64,000 nucleotides of DNA from Mobula birostris. Its lineage: Eukaryota. This document shows, one piece after another, positions 37,601-49,700 of the stretch. Below the pieces are notes generated by a model that worked only from the letters and a program-made list of their open reading frames with translations, made no database searches and was not told the origin of the DNA. Position numbers and translations under genes: made by a program. Positions within the stretch are counted from its first letter, which is position 1. Each line of letters opens with the position of its first letter. Location of the stretch: contig NC_092371.1 of assembly GCF_030028105.1 (NCBI RefSeq), positions 16,061,764 through 16,125,763 on the forward strand. Direction: 5' to 3'.

Positions 37601-37612
37601 TAAGTTTAAAAA

Positions 37613-37811
37613 CGCAAACAACAGGAATTCTGCAGATGCTGGAAATTCAAGCAACACACATAAAAGTTGCTGGTGAACGCAGCAGGCCAGGCAGCATCTC
37701 TAGGAAGAGGTGCAGTCTGACGAAGGGTCTCGGCCTGAAACGTCGACTGCACCTCTTCCTAGAGATGCTGCCTGGCCTGCTGCGTTCACCAGCAACTTTT
37801 ATGTGTGTTGC
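37613..37811. mobile_element. Penelope pseudo-LTR foldback: perfect 67-bp inverted repeat (37651-37717 / 37745-37811) with a 27-nt loop
   Basis: I checked the arms base by base and they are exact reverse complements. The loop is the hammerhead core. Confidence 0.92.
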
Positions 37812-37819
37812 TGGACGAG

Positions 37820-39900
37820 TAAGCATGTCTTTCATTGGACCTGGAGTGGCCACTGTTAAAAACGCGCCGCCATCTTACCAGTGACTCTCTAACCTAGTCC
37901 TATTTGCTTGCATTTGGTCAATATCACACTGAACCATTACGATCTATGATCCTCTTAAGTACTTTTTAACTTAAATTCCATTTGCCATATTTCAGCCTAT
38001 TTTCCCAGCTGCTCAACATCACGCTGCAAGCTTTAATAGCCTTCCTCACTGTTCACTACGTCCCCATCTTGGTGTCATCCACAAAATTGCTGATCCAGTT
38101 GACAACATTGCCATGTAAATTATTAATATAGATGCTAAGCACCTACCCACTCAGTACTGATCCCTGTGTAACACCAGTAGTCACAGCTTGCCAGTGTGAA
38201 GGACAACCATCTACTCCCACTCCCTAGCTTCTCCCACCAAGGCAATGTTGGATACTTTAGCCTTCATGTGGTACTTTCAGGGACTGAATCACTTGCACCA
38301 GCTTCCATGTGGAACTTTATCAATAATTTATCGAAATCCCTTTAAAAACCAACGGATGGATCACATCCAGTGCACACAGAAGCAATGGATGCAACGTGTT
38401 CTGTGTTGAATATGAACATCAGTTGCTCTTATCCTGCCTTCTCCTTTTCTCGCTCAATTTGAAATTCTATCCCGGGTCTTTCAATACAAACACCTCTTTC
38501 TACTGATTTGATGCCATTCTTTGGCAGTAGAGCCACACCACCCCCTCTGCCTACCTTCCTATCCCTCCGATATAACGTGTAACCGTGGACATTCAGCCAC
38601 GATCCCATGATGGCCGCGACCTCATACCTGGAAATCTATAATATTTCAGCAAGATCATCCACCTTATTTCTTATACGACGCACATTTAGATACAACACCT
38701 TGAGTACCGTATTTGTTATCCTTTCTGACTCTGGAACCCGAACGATTTGATACTCAACCGACTGGCTGCAACTTTGTCCCATCACCTGCCTGCCCTTCCT
38801 GACAGTCTGACTGCACGCTATCTTTACTTTTTTACCATCCTTCCTATACTGAGTCCCTTCAGCCCGGTTCCCACCCCCTGCTAAATTACTTTAAACCCTC
38901 CCCAAGAGCTTTAACAAACCTGTCCGCAAGAATAGTCGTCCTCTTCGGGTTCAGGAGCAACCCGTCACTTTTGATCAGGTCATATCTCCCCCAAAAGTGA
39001 TCCCAGTTATCCAAGAACCTGAAGCCCTGCCCCCTGCTTCACCTTCTTAATCACGCGTGCATCTGCCAAGTCATCCTGTTTCTGCCATCACTGGCGCGTG
39101 GCACTGGCAGCAATCCAGAAATTACTACTATGGATGTCTTGCTTCTCAGTTTTCTACCAAGCTCTCTAAGTTCTCTTTTCAGGACCTCGTTGATACCAGT
39201 TTGTACCAAGACATCTGGTTGTTCCTTATCCCTCTCCAAAACGTTGTGGACGCGATCTGAAACATCACTGACCCTGGCAACTCGGAGGCAACATACCAAC
39301 AGGGTGTCCCGTTCACGTCCACAGAACCTCCTGTCTGTTTCCATCACTATGGAGTCCCCTATCACGACCGCTCCCTTCTTCTCCCTCTTTCCCTTCTGTA
39401 CCATGGACCCATGCTCAGTGGCTGTAACCCAGTCGCTCTGGCATTTTCCCGAGAGGTCATCCCCCACAAAAGTATCCAAAGCAGTCGATTTGTTTTTGAG
39501 GGGAATAGCCACAGGAGTCCTCTTCTCGAACTGACTGTTTACATTTCTCCTGTCACCCCAGCTACTCGGCTCCTGCACCTTCGGGGTTACTACGCCCTGT
39601 AATTTTGATCACTTATATCCTCAATCTCCCGTACAGGACGTAGGTCATCCAGTTGCTGCTCCAGATCCCTAACACGGTCTTCAATGAGCTGCAGCCTGAT
39701 GTACTTCACGCAGATGTAGTTCCACGGGAGACTCTGGGTCTCCCAAGACTCCAGCATCCGGCACAAAAAACACACCACAACCATTTAAATGGCACTGAAA
39801 GAGAGGAAAAAAGATAAAAAGGAAACATTGACAGACGCTTTACACAGATCCAACGCCTTCCCGCGCCTACTGCGACAATGACTGCTCCGCTTATCCCTTC
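37820..39900 (-). mobile_element. CR1 5' region: ORF1 remnants (Cys-rich/coiled-coil N-terminus, SGNH esterase) plus heavily deleted ORF2
   Basis: CFLCRMLE...YICVKYIRLQLIEDRVRDLEQQLDDLR; AVVIGDSIV...; VVISGLLPVPR. Confidence 0.8.
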
Positions 39901-39989
39901 TGTACTTTTATTTAGTACGTAGAGCTCTGTTGTCGCCGCTGATAGGCCCTGTGCAATGGGAGTTGACATTCTCAGCCCATCCTGGTCAT

Positions 39990-41850
39990 TTTGCGCGAAA
40001 ACTCGCGTTCATGGCCAATCTCCCAGATACACCTCTACTCAGACGGTCCAACGGTTTTTGGGGGCGAGGATATCCCGCAGCCCAGTAATGCCGACATTTC
40101 GTTACAGAGTTAAGGAGTGTATTTGACCTTCCACTACGAGGTCAGAAGGTTACCCACGTACTCTTGGATTGCGCCAAGGCAGAGGGACTGTGAGAGCCTA
40201 TGCAGTCAAATTCCTCACGCGTAGAGTAGAGACGGGTTAGAATGAGAGATCACACATCACTGACTTCCAGGATGAACTGAGCGCAGGGGTGAGGCACGAG
40301 ATCGCTGTTCCGGACGAACAGGATAGTCTGGATGATCTGATTAATCTTCGCCTTCACTCTCCCCACACCACCCAGCAACCAGTCCACGAAGGAGCCTATG
40401 AAAGATCCGTAAAGACCCTATATCGTTTTAGGACTGCATCTTTACCCCATGAGGTGCTCAAATGGACCCTAGTAAAATTCAGACAGTTACAAAGTGGCCC
40501 AGACCATCTACAGTCAAACAGATACGGTGCATCATTGGGCTTGCGAACTTCATACGGCATTTCGGCCCTATCGCGGGTCTCATAATTGAAGAAGAAGAAA
40601 GCCCTTAACTCCCAGTGGAGTCATCGGGACGCCGCCGTGATGGCGTTTTTTAAGTAGGCTTTCTTATTTTTACGCGGTCGAGTTGCTAGCTCGACGCTCA
40701 ATCCAGCACGGATGGAAAGCGAACAAGGGGGCCGGCTGAATTTGAACTCGGCAGTCTTCGCTCCGAAGTCCGGCGCTGATGCCACTACGCACCAGCCGGC
40801 CCTATCGCGGGTCTCATAATTGTATTCACCAGAAAGATCTTGGTAGGGTTCTTCTGGACAGACGGTGCCGAGCATGCATTTTCGGAGTTAAAGCGACGTT
40901 TCACCACTGCCCCAATTCTGCAAAACCCAGACCCATCACAGCCGTTCACAGTCGAGGTAGATGCATCGGGTGGCGCATGTCCTCGCTCAGCGCTCTTCTG
41001 CGGAGAGCCGGCTGCACTCTTGTCCCTTTCTTTCCCGTCGCTTGACTACAGCCGAGAAGAAACCCGATGTTTGGAACCGGAAACTTCTGGTTGCCAAGGA
41101 GACCCTGGAAGAATGGCACACTGGCTGGAGGGGGCAGGGGATCCTTTCTTGCTGTAGAGAAATCAGAAGAACCTCTCCTGCATTGAGGATTCAAAGAGAC
41201 CCAATCTCGACAAGCCAGGAGGTCTCTCTCTTCATACGGTTTAATTCCGATTTTCCTTATCGTCTAGGAAGCTAGAATAACAAGCTGACGCCTCTCTCCT
41301 GACGGATATGAGGATAATGCTGATCCAGGCGCCATTGATCCTCGCTTGGGTATTGCTGTTCCCGTGATCTAGGTGAGAGTCCGCCAACAGTCGGACACAG
41401 GCCCAGATGCGGGGCCTTACAGCCAGCTGCTTGTCCCTGCTGCGATGCGTTCCAAAGTGCTGCAATGGGGTCATTCCTCCTGTCTGGCTGAACAACCGGG
41501 AATTCAACGGACGCAGGAGTTTATAAAGAGATAATTTTGGGGGCCATGTCCGTTCCAGGGTGTCCAAGACTTTGTATCTGCTTTTCGTACCTGCACTAGG
41601 AACAAGATGTCACGCCAGCGTCCTGCGGGTCTGCTCTGTCCACTGCCTGTGTCCCACCCCACTCCCCGGTCCCACCTCAGTAGATTTCATCACTGGGCTG
41701 CCCCCTCAAAGGATGCACGACCATTTTGGTAGTTGTGGATCGATTTTACAAGGCTGCCCACATCATTGTCCTCCCTCAGCCCACACCAGGCCGTGAGACT
41801 GCCACACTCATGGTTCATCATGTGTTCAGTCGCCATGAACTCCCTCAAGA
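39990..41850 (+). mobile_element. Ty3/gypsy remnant (gag piece, RT/RNase H, integrase)
   Basis: Gag-like VRHEIAVPDEQDSLDDLIN; AFSELKRRFTTAPILQNPDPSQPFTVEVDAS; VDFITGLPP. 40415-41850 is a paralog of 35300-36300. Confidence 0.82.
40589..40800 (-). mobile_element. tRNA-derived SINE (~210 bp) with (TTC)n tail and long TSD
   Basis: Minus strand head GCCGGCTGGTGCGTAGTGG...GAGTTCAAATTC (A/B-box-like) and tail CTTTCTTCTTCTTCTT. Direct repeat CGGCCCTATCGCGGGTCTCATAATTG at 40563-40588 and 40797-40822. Confidence 0.85.
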
Positions 41851-44800
41851 CAATCCAAGGGTTGCATATCTCCTTCGATAACAAATTTAGTTTGAACTTT
41901 GATGATACAACAGCCATGATGGAACGATGGAACAGACTATATGCGTCGAATGGCCAATTTCTGTTCCTGTATCCTATGCTCTAATGTTGTACGGTCTGAG
42001 CTGTGCTTGCTTCTATCTGGTATGGTAACTACTGCAAGTGCTTGTCATTAATGAAATTGTGCATTTCAGTTCATAGCAAAAGATGTGTTAAGAAGAATGA
42101 AACAAACGTCCCCCCCCCACACCGTCTGCACCCAGTTCCCAGTTATTCGATGCTGTCTCATTAGGCATATAACTTTAACATTAGGTGAAGAAAGTAGTGA
42201 AGTGGAAATGTTGGTCTTTTGCAAGGTGCTGAGATTTCAAAAGTGTGGAGTGCCTGTTGCACCTCCACTGGCCCGAGGTTAGACTGTCTGTGTACTGTAC
42301 ACAGGTCTGCTTTCTGAATGAAATCTTACACTGGCTATGGAGACCGTGTTCTCTGGATGAGAGGGTTGAACGGTGAGCAGATACTGAGAGGGACGCGCCT
42401 AAGTCTTCGCAACTAAGAAAAATAAGAGGCAAATACTTTGAAAGTCAGGATACTGAATGCACTAACAAAGTACATACGATGTGAAACTGAGGACTCTCTG
42501 CCTTCCTCCCAGAGATCTGCTGATATTTAATCACTAGCAAAGTTGCAGACGGGGATCGACAGGTGCTTGGACACCGAGAGATTCCAAGGACAAGAGATTC
42601 CAAGGACAGCGTATTGAAAAGAGGAGCGGATTCCAGGAGCCCATTGGTGTTTCGTTCACCGTTTATGTGTCCAGGAATGTAATCACTTTAAGAAATTTCA
42701 TAGATTGCTTCTTTCTCCTGTGGTAACTAGTGCAAGTCTTTGTGATGAAAGAAATGGTTCATTTCAGTAACTAGCAATGGCTGTGTTAAGAAGAATGTAT
42801 ATATACGTTCCATGTCGTCATGTTCATGTGTCAGCTTTAGTTTCAAGGCATGAGAGAAACTGCAGGCCGTCGACTCCAACTTGGCTGGCCTCCGAAAGTT
42901 TCCCTGGACACGCATCTCATTCCGACTACCCGCTAACTATTATGCATTTATCAGAGTTGTAACCGTCAGCACCCACTCATCACCCTCTCTCTTTCACTCA
43001 CACACAAACCTACACAAACACACACATACATGCACTCATTTGTCTTTTTAGAACGTTTAACGGGTTGAAAGATCGCCAAAATATTTAATATGACATTTTG
43101 AAGAAAGCTTTTTTTTTGAAAATATGTACATCTTAGCGATTAAACTTATGTCTAAGACATTGCCACTAATTGCATTGTCTCAATGGAATTTTAAAATAAC
43201 CACCCCGCTCTTTCCCTCCCTCCCCGGGACACAGTGACCGCACCACCTGCTCTGTTTAACAAACAAGACAGAAACAGCATCAATTTGTGTAACTGTAGCT
43301 AAATAAAGGCTGTGCAAACACCGCCCCGGTCCCCACGGGGAAATGACGGAGTCCACATCTGCATCAGTGTCACTCGCAGACACAAGCTGACCCACATGTG
43401 AACCATCGCCAGCGCTGGGTTAATTGGACTGAGCAGTGTCTGGGTCTGGTTTGGGTGAACAGGCAACTGTCCGAGTTCATCACGGAGTAAGATCTCAGAT
43501 CACAGCTCCCCTAAACCCTGTTCGCGTCCCCGAGCCAGCTGCACTCAGACAAAGATATAGAAGGGAAGAGGGTTGATATTCGGCCCTCGAAGCCCAATAC
43601 CAGTTCAAACAACACATTTCGGACCCTTGAGTACAACTTCCCTTTTCGGCACCTGCCAATTCCCACTTCATCAAAGCTACGTGAGTTTATTTTAACTTCA
43701 ATATACTCCTGACCGGAGTATCAATTAAATAGTGAAACCCAAAAAAATAACAGCCCTATCCAATGATAAAAGGATATATAATTTCTGTCCAAAGTGAGGC
43801 AACACTCCCGGAAATGACAACGCTACCACAGTGTCGCTACGATGGAGGTAGCCTCCTATTTGCCGTCTATTTTGTCGAAACTCCACTTTCTACACCATAA
43901 CGCTGACCAAACATAGAATATTGTAAGCAAAAACGTTTTGGGTTCCGTATCAAAGAAAGGATGTACTGGAGGGGATTCTGAGGAAGTTCATGAGAGTGAG
44001 CCTGAGAATGAAAGGGTTAACGTATGAAGAGCGCTTGTATCTCTGTCCATGTACTCTCTGGAGTTTAGAAGAATGAGATGATGGGTGTCTCATTGGAACG
44101 TATTGAATATTGAAGGGACTAGATAAAGTGGATCTGGAGAGGGTGGTGCCCTATAGTAGCCGAGTCTAAGACCAGGGGGCAGAATCTCAGAATAAAAGCA
44201 CGTCCCTTTGGAACAGAGACGAGGAGAAAGTTCTTTAGGCGGAGGGTTGTGAGTCTGTGAACTTCATTGCCGTTGTGACTGCAGGAGCCAAGTCATTGGA
44301 ATGTTTAAAGCGGCGGTTGTTGGGTTCTTAATTAGTAAGGGCGTCAGAGGTTACAGGGAGAAGGCAGGAGAATAGGATTGAGAAGGATAATAAATCAGCA
44401 ATCAGTGAATGGCGAGTAGACTCGATAGATCGAAAAGCATAATTCTGCTCTTATGAGTTATGGTCTTATAGTCTTAAGCCGCCTCTCATTTTCAATTTCA
44501 AGCTAAACAGGCCTATACCCGTTGCCGCGGAACTCAGCTCGCAGTCCAGGCCCACGCATGAACTTCAGCGCCATGCGGGTCTACTAGATAGACTTGTGTA
44601 AGCGTCTCTTTGAGGGGAGAGATAAAGCAACTGGACTCTGCACATACTGAAATTGACATGGATCAATGGTTATCTTTAGAACATTTTAAATATCTACCAA
44701 CCTATAAGGGATTATGAGGGGAAATTCCAAAAAATCCATTACTAACACTCAAAGTTTCACCGAGGTCTCATCGCCGGGGTACGAGACTGCTTACGGTTTA

Positions 44801-46674
44801 CCTGTGCTGCGCACTACAGGCACTTTGAATTATGCTTTACAAACTTATTTTTGGTAATATCTTGTTTATGTGCTGTGTGTGATGTATGTTTTTGTGGGTG
44901 TGCAGTGGTTCGGTGGAACGTTGTTTCCTTTGGCTGGGTGTATGTACAGTCAGATGACCAAAAAAAAACTCGAAATTGAACTTGAGTTTGAAATCAGAGC
45001 AAACCAACTTACTTCAGCTGGAACTGATCAAACATTGACAACAAACCACGTAAGGAAGCACTCGACTAGGCTTGACAGAAAGATGGACCTTAAAAACTAT
45101 GTAACGGAGGAAAGAGGGTATATGTTAAGGAAGGTGGTTTGATAAACCCAGATCGCACCGCTTAACATCTCAAATACAATCTCCTTTAGTTCAGCAATTA
45201 AATCTGAGGATAAAATATTCAGGCGCAGTGGATGCAAAGATCTTAGCCAGATAGTGGTAGTTCTGGGGCTAGAGAAAGAGGAACTACTCGCTCTGGAAAG
45301 AATTTCTGATGCAGACTGGTTACGATAAACGGAAAAATGGCTCCTGTGCCGTAGAAATATTGTAGAGCTGAATTGTGGCGATGGGGAACAACATCATTAA
45401 CACAACCGAGCTGACGCTTGACGCAGGACTCTTTCCTCGTCTTGTGAGAGCAACTGAGCCAGAGTGAAATCAGACTGGCCTGTCCAATTATGTTTTAAAT
45501 ATAACTCCTCTCATCTGCGATGACAGTGGTGTGTATCAGGACATATTCACCATAGCTCAGCCATAAAATGGGACAGAAAGTCCATCATCACATTTACCAA
45601 CGACATAGAACAGAGTATTATAGTGGCGATATAGATAAGCATTGTGTTTCAAACCAGTTTGCTAATATCCGGAACATCTCTGACAGATGACCGTTAACAC
45701 AGCCAAACATGAGGTCACAGGACTATAATGCGCAGAAACCTTGGAGGAGCGATGAATCGACAGAAGTTCTATGCACCACAACTAAGGATGGCAGGTTGGC
45801 GCTGGAGTGAGAGAATCTACGGGTCGACACGGGAAGGGAGAAGAGAACTCTATAATAGTTGTATTCCCGTGAATGTTGGGTTTAGGCTTTTGCTCTACGG
45901 ATTCCGGATAACTGGACCATCGGTTAATCAGGGTAGCTGCTTATTTGGGCCAACATGTACTGGTCACGACATGTCCTAATTAACAGGAATCCACATCTCT
46001 CTCTTGAGTGGACATAAGTAAAATAACGGATTGCAAATGTTGCATTCTTTGAGGAATTGAAGAGCAGATTTCAGGCGCTGTGTATTTTAATGGCACAAAG
46101 GTCAAACAGAATTGCCTGAAATGATAAGAAGAGTATTGGACCAAGGGAAAAGTGTTTTAACATTGACGAAAGAAGTAGAAACTGGAATCCAGCAAAAAAG
46201 CTTCAATAAACTGATGAAGGAAAGAAAAATGCCAGTTGAAAGGAGCAGGAAGTATTAGAAGAAACACAAGAAGTTTACTTGTAGATGTTAAGTAAAAGAG
46301 GAAAAGGTGGAAAAAACGAGATCGCTTGAAGGCACGTCCTGAGACCGGAAAGACTGAAGCAATGAAATGGCGGAGATATAAACAAATGATCTGAGTTTGT
46401 TTTCACGGAAACAATAGACAGGAAACCGTCCAGAAACGTTCAACAGCAGAGCAGAAAGGTACTCGGGAGAAAGTAGAAATGTTGTTTTTTTATATAGAAA
46501 TATCTGGCACTGAAAAACAATAAATGAACGTGAGCTGACGACATTCTGCGCAAAGTTCTGTAAGCGATGGCGCAGTAAATCGGTCTCGGTGTTGCAAATT
46601 GTGAATGTTTCTACAGTTAAGCTCACGCTTTAAGAGAGGGAGTGGAAAGTGGACGATAGAAAGAGGGAGATAAT

Positions 46675-46707
<33 letters not shown>

Positions 46708-49700
46708 GTGCCAGGGAAGGCAGAGAGAAAGTGACATTTTACCTCAGTACTACGGGAGAAATCAATATGTTTATCAATATTGGAGTGCTGACATGGCATC
46801 TCGGAGAGTGAAATACAAATTAACAAAAGCTGCTCTAGAATTCTCGAAGTCAAATTATATCTCATAAATCTGCTTGGTTCCTAAAATGTGTGAACCAGAA
46901 GATATGGAATATGAGCAGATGGATTTGCTGGACTTTATAAATATGAAGAAGGAGTATTGTGATCTTCTTACCGTTATATCAGACGATAAGATGCAGGAAT
47001 AGATGTGGACAATTGTCCCACAAAGTGTCCTCCGTCATTCCATCGTTTATTTTCTCAGTCACATTCTCCTGTCCTCTCCCTGTAACCTTGAACAATCAAT
47101 AAATTATCAATCTCTGCCTTCAATCCAGCCAGGGATTCGGCCTCCATGTCCCTATATGGCTACAACATCCTCATATTCAGTACCCTCTGGCTAATTTAGA
47201 TATATAAATATACACCCATAGCGAATATATATCTAACCGTCGACTCAACCAAATGTCACACGTTCGAAGTAAGTGTCCGCCCTTTCAGAACTGAAATGAT
47301 CAGAACAGAACATTTGTTCGCAATGTTTTTGAAGGACGGAGAAGAGGCGAGTACCGAATTGTACAAATGCATTTGTATTTTAAATACAGATCGCGCACAG
47401 AAAGAATAACGGGTGATAGCAGATTAAGGAAAATGATTTTAGCGGTGGTCAAGTGAATGTTAAGTGGAACTCAGCTAAAGAGAATCTACTAATTGTCAAT
47501 AAAGTGATAAGCAAAGAACAATAAGAGAGAGAGGGGGGTAGAAAAATTAAGAGAGAAACAGAACACAGAAAGAGCGAGAGGTGGGCTGAAAAAGAGAGGG
47601 GTTGGGTAGAGGGGAAGGCGGGGTAAGGTAGAGAGAGGCAAGAGACAGCTGACCTCAATAGGCAGCAATACGGCATATTCACCGATAATACGGTAATGGA
47701 ATGCTAACGGGATAACAAGGTACTTGAGACACAGGAATACAATAGGCCTGAACTGGTGAGATTTATGAAAGTAATAACATGTGTGACGATTCAGGTTGAG
47801 TCACAAAAAACGTAATAAAATAGCTGGGAACTAGTGAATGTCCTGCATAAACAGAAGATTTTATTAGAATTTATCCAATACTAAAGAAGAAGAAAAAACT
47901 TGTTGAGTTCTTGCTCCAATTACATCGAACAATAGTATCCAGGACTGGGATTTGACCATTTGCTCCACTCAAACTTCTGGGCCATATAATCCTTTATTAG
48001 TCGTTGATTTCCATTTCAACCCTACTCTTCTGCCTTCTCGGTGTCCCTTAACCCCTTCATTCACAATAATCTCCAACCCTCTTCGTCGCTGCTGTTACCA
48101 TCGGGCAGGAGGTACAGGAGCCTTAGATCTCACAGCACCAGGATCAGGAGTAGATATTCCCCTGCAACCATCAGATTCCTGAACCAACGTATATAACTTT
48201 ACTGACCTCAAATCTGAACTGGTGGATCTCAAGGTAGCATTAAAGGGACATACTTCCACTTTCATAATAAATTTACTTTGACATTAACTTTGATAAGAAC
48301 TGGTGTGTTTCACGAAAAAACAGCCACCCTTCACCATGTTCTCTGCATTATTTTTTTTTTATGTATTTCTTATCACCTTTAATACTGCTTGCTGTTCACA
48401 ATTTATATCACATGTTTTAATGAGGGAGCTACGTGTGCACTCCCTAGGTGTGGTGACACAAATTTATTTGCTTTATGCGGCGTTTCGGAAAGATTAGAGT
48501 TGATACAGATGGATTAGGTAAGCAGGCGGAGGTACGACATGCGGCTGATCATCTACTTTTGCAGATCCAATATCATTGTGTATTGCTAATCAATAGTGAG
48601 GGACTGGATTTGAAATACCAGGAGTCTGCTTCTTTTGAGGCTCTCCCCTGGTCGAGGTCGACTGTAGATATCTCGTCCTAGTTGTCTAAGTTGTATACAA
48701 GAGCCAGGGCAGTATGATATGGAGAGCAAGCTGTTGCCCGTACAGCAGGCTCCCCCTCTCCACGCAGCCTATACAGTTTGGCACCATTGATGTCGCAGGA
48801 ATTGCCAGTCAGTGTTGACCTCAACATAGGACTGCCTGATGGACTCCAACTTCAGCTATTTCCTCAGAGTTTACTCCCGAAGTCTTCCCCGTGAGTGGGT
48901 ATTCTCGCAAGGCAGTGGAAGGTTGAGTTTAGAGATTTCCTTCTCGCCGAAGCAACTGGGGTTAAGATGCCAGTAAGCCGCCTTTGCTTTTTCATAATCA
49001 ATGGTGAGGGATTGGATTAATGGATTATTGGAATATCCTGTTAGTTGAAACGTTTACGGCGCTTAGCAGTTAAACCACACTTGAAGTCCAGAATCTAAAC
49101 TTGGTGTCCAGGGGCTATTTGACACGTATGTCATTAGGACCATTTCATAGGTAGTGGGGGCTCCCCTCCCAACGACCCAACACACCCCACTACCCGCCAG
49201 ATTATGACAAATTTAAGGACGCGTGTGCTTGTTTAAGGATCTCTGATCGTTAATACGTAGATACAATAAAGAAAGCAATAGAAAAAAGTTTACATTAGCT
49301 CGTGGTCATTAGTACTTGAGCGTTAGACAATGATGTCTCCTTCTTCTTAAGCCCACCACCCCTACTGGGGCAAAGACTGCCCACAGCAGCACGCCAGAAA
49401 CCTGCGTCCTGAGCCGAACGTTAATCCAGTTTTGTCCACCTTCACCACACGACTGCATACTCTTCTCGGCTAGAACCCTCTCTCTTCCAGAAATGAGGAT
49501 TTTGCAGCTTCTGTTGGCGTTTCTGTAGCTCTGGATTTTTATGGGATGGGTTTGCTGGACCCATTCCCAAACCTCCTCCTTTCGCAGATGGGCTTGCGAC
49601 TGTCCATGGCGGATGTCTTGCTGCAATAATAAAGGGAGCTGCTAGGATCAGAATCAGAATACTGTGCGAGGGTCGGATCTTCCCGGGCAGGATATGTGAA

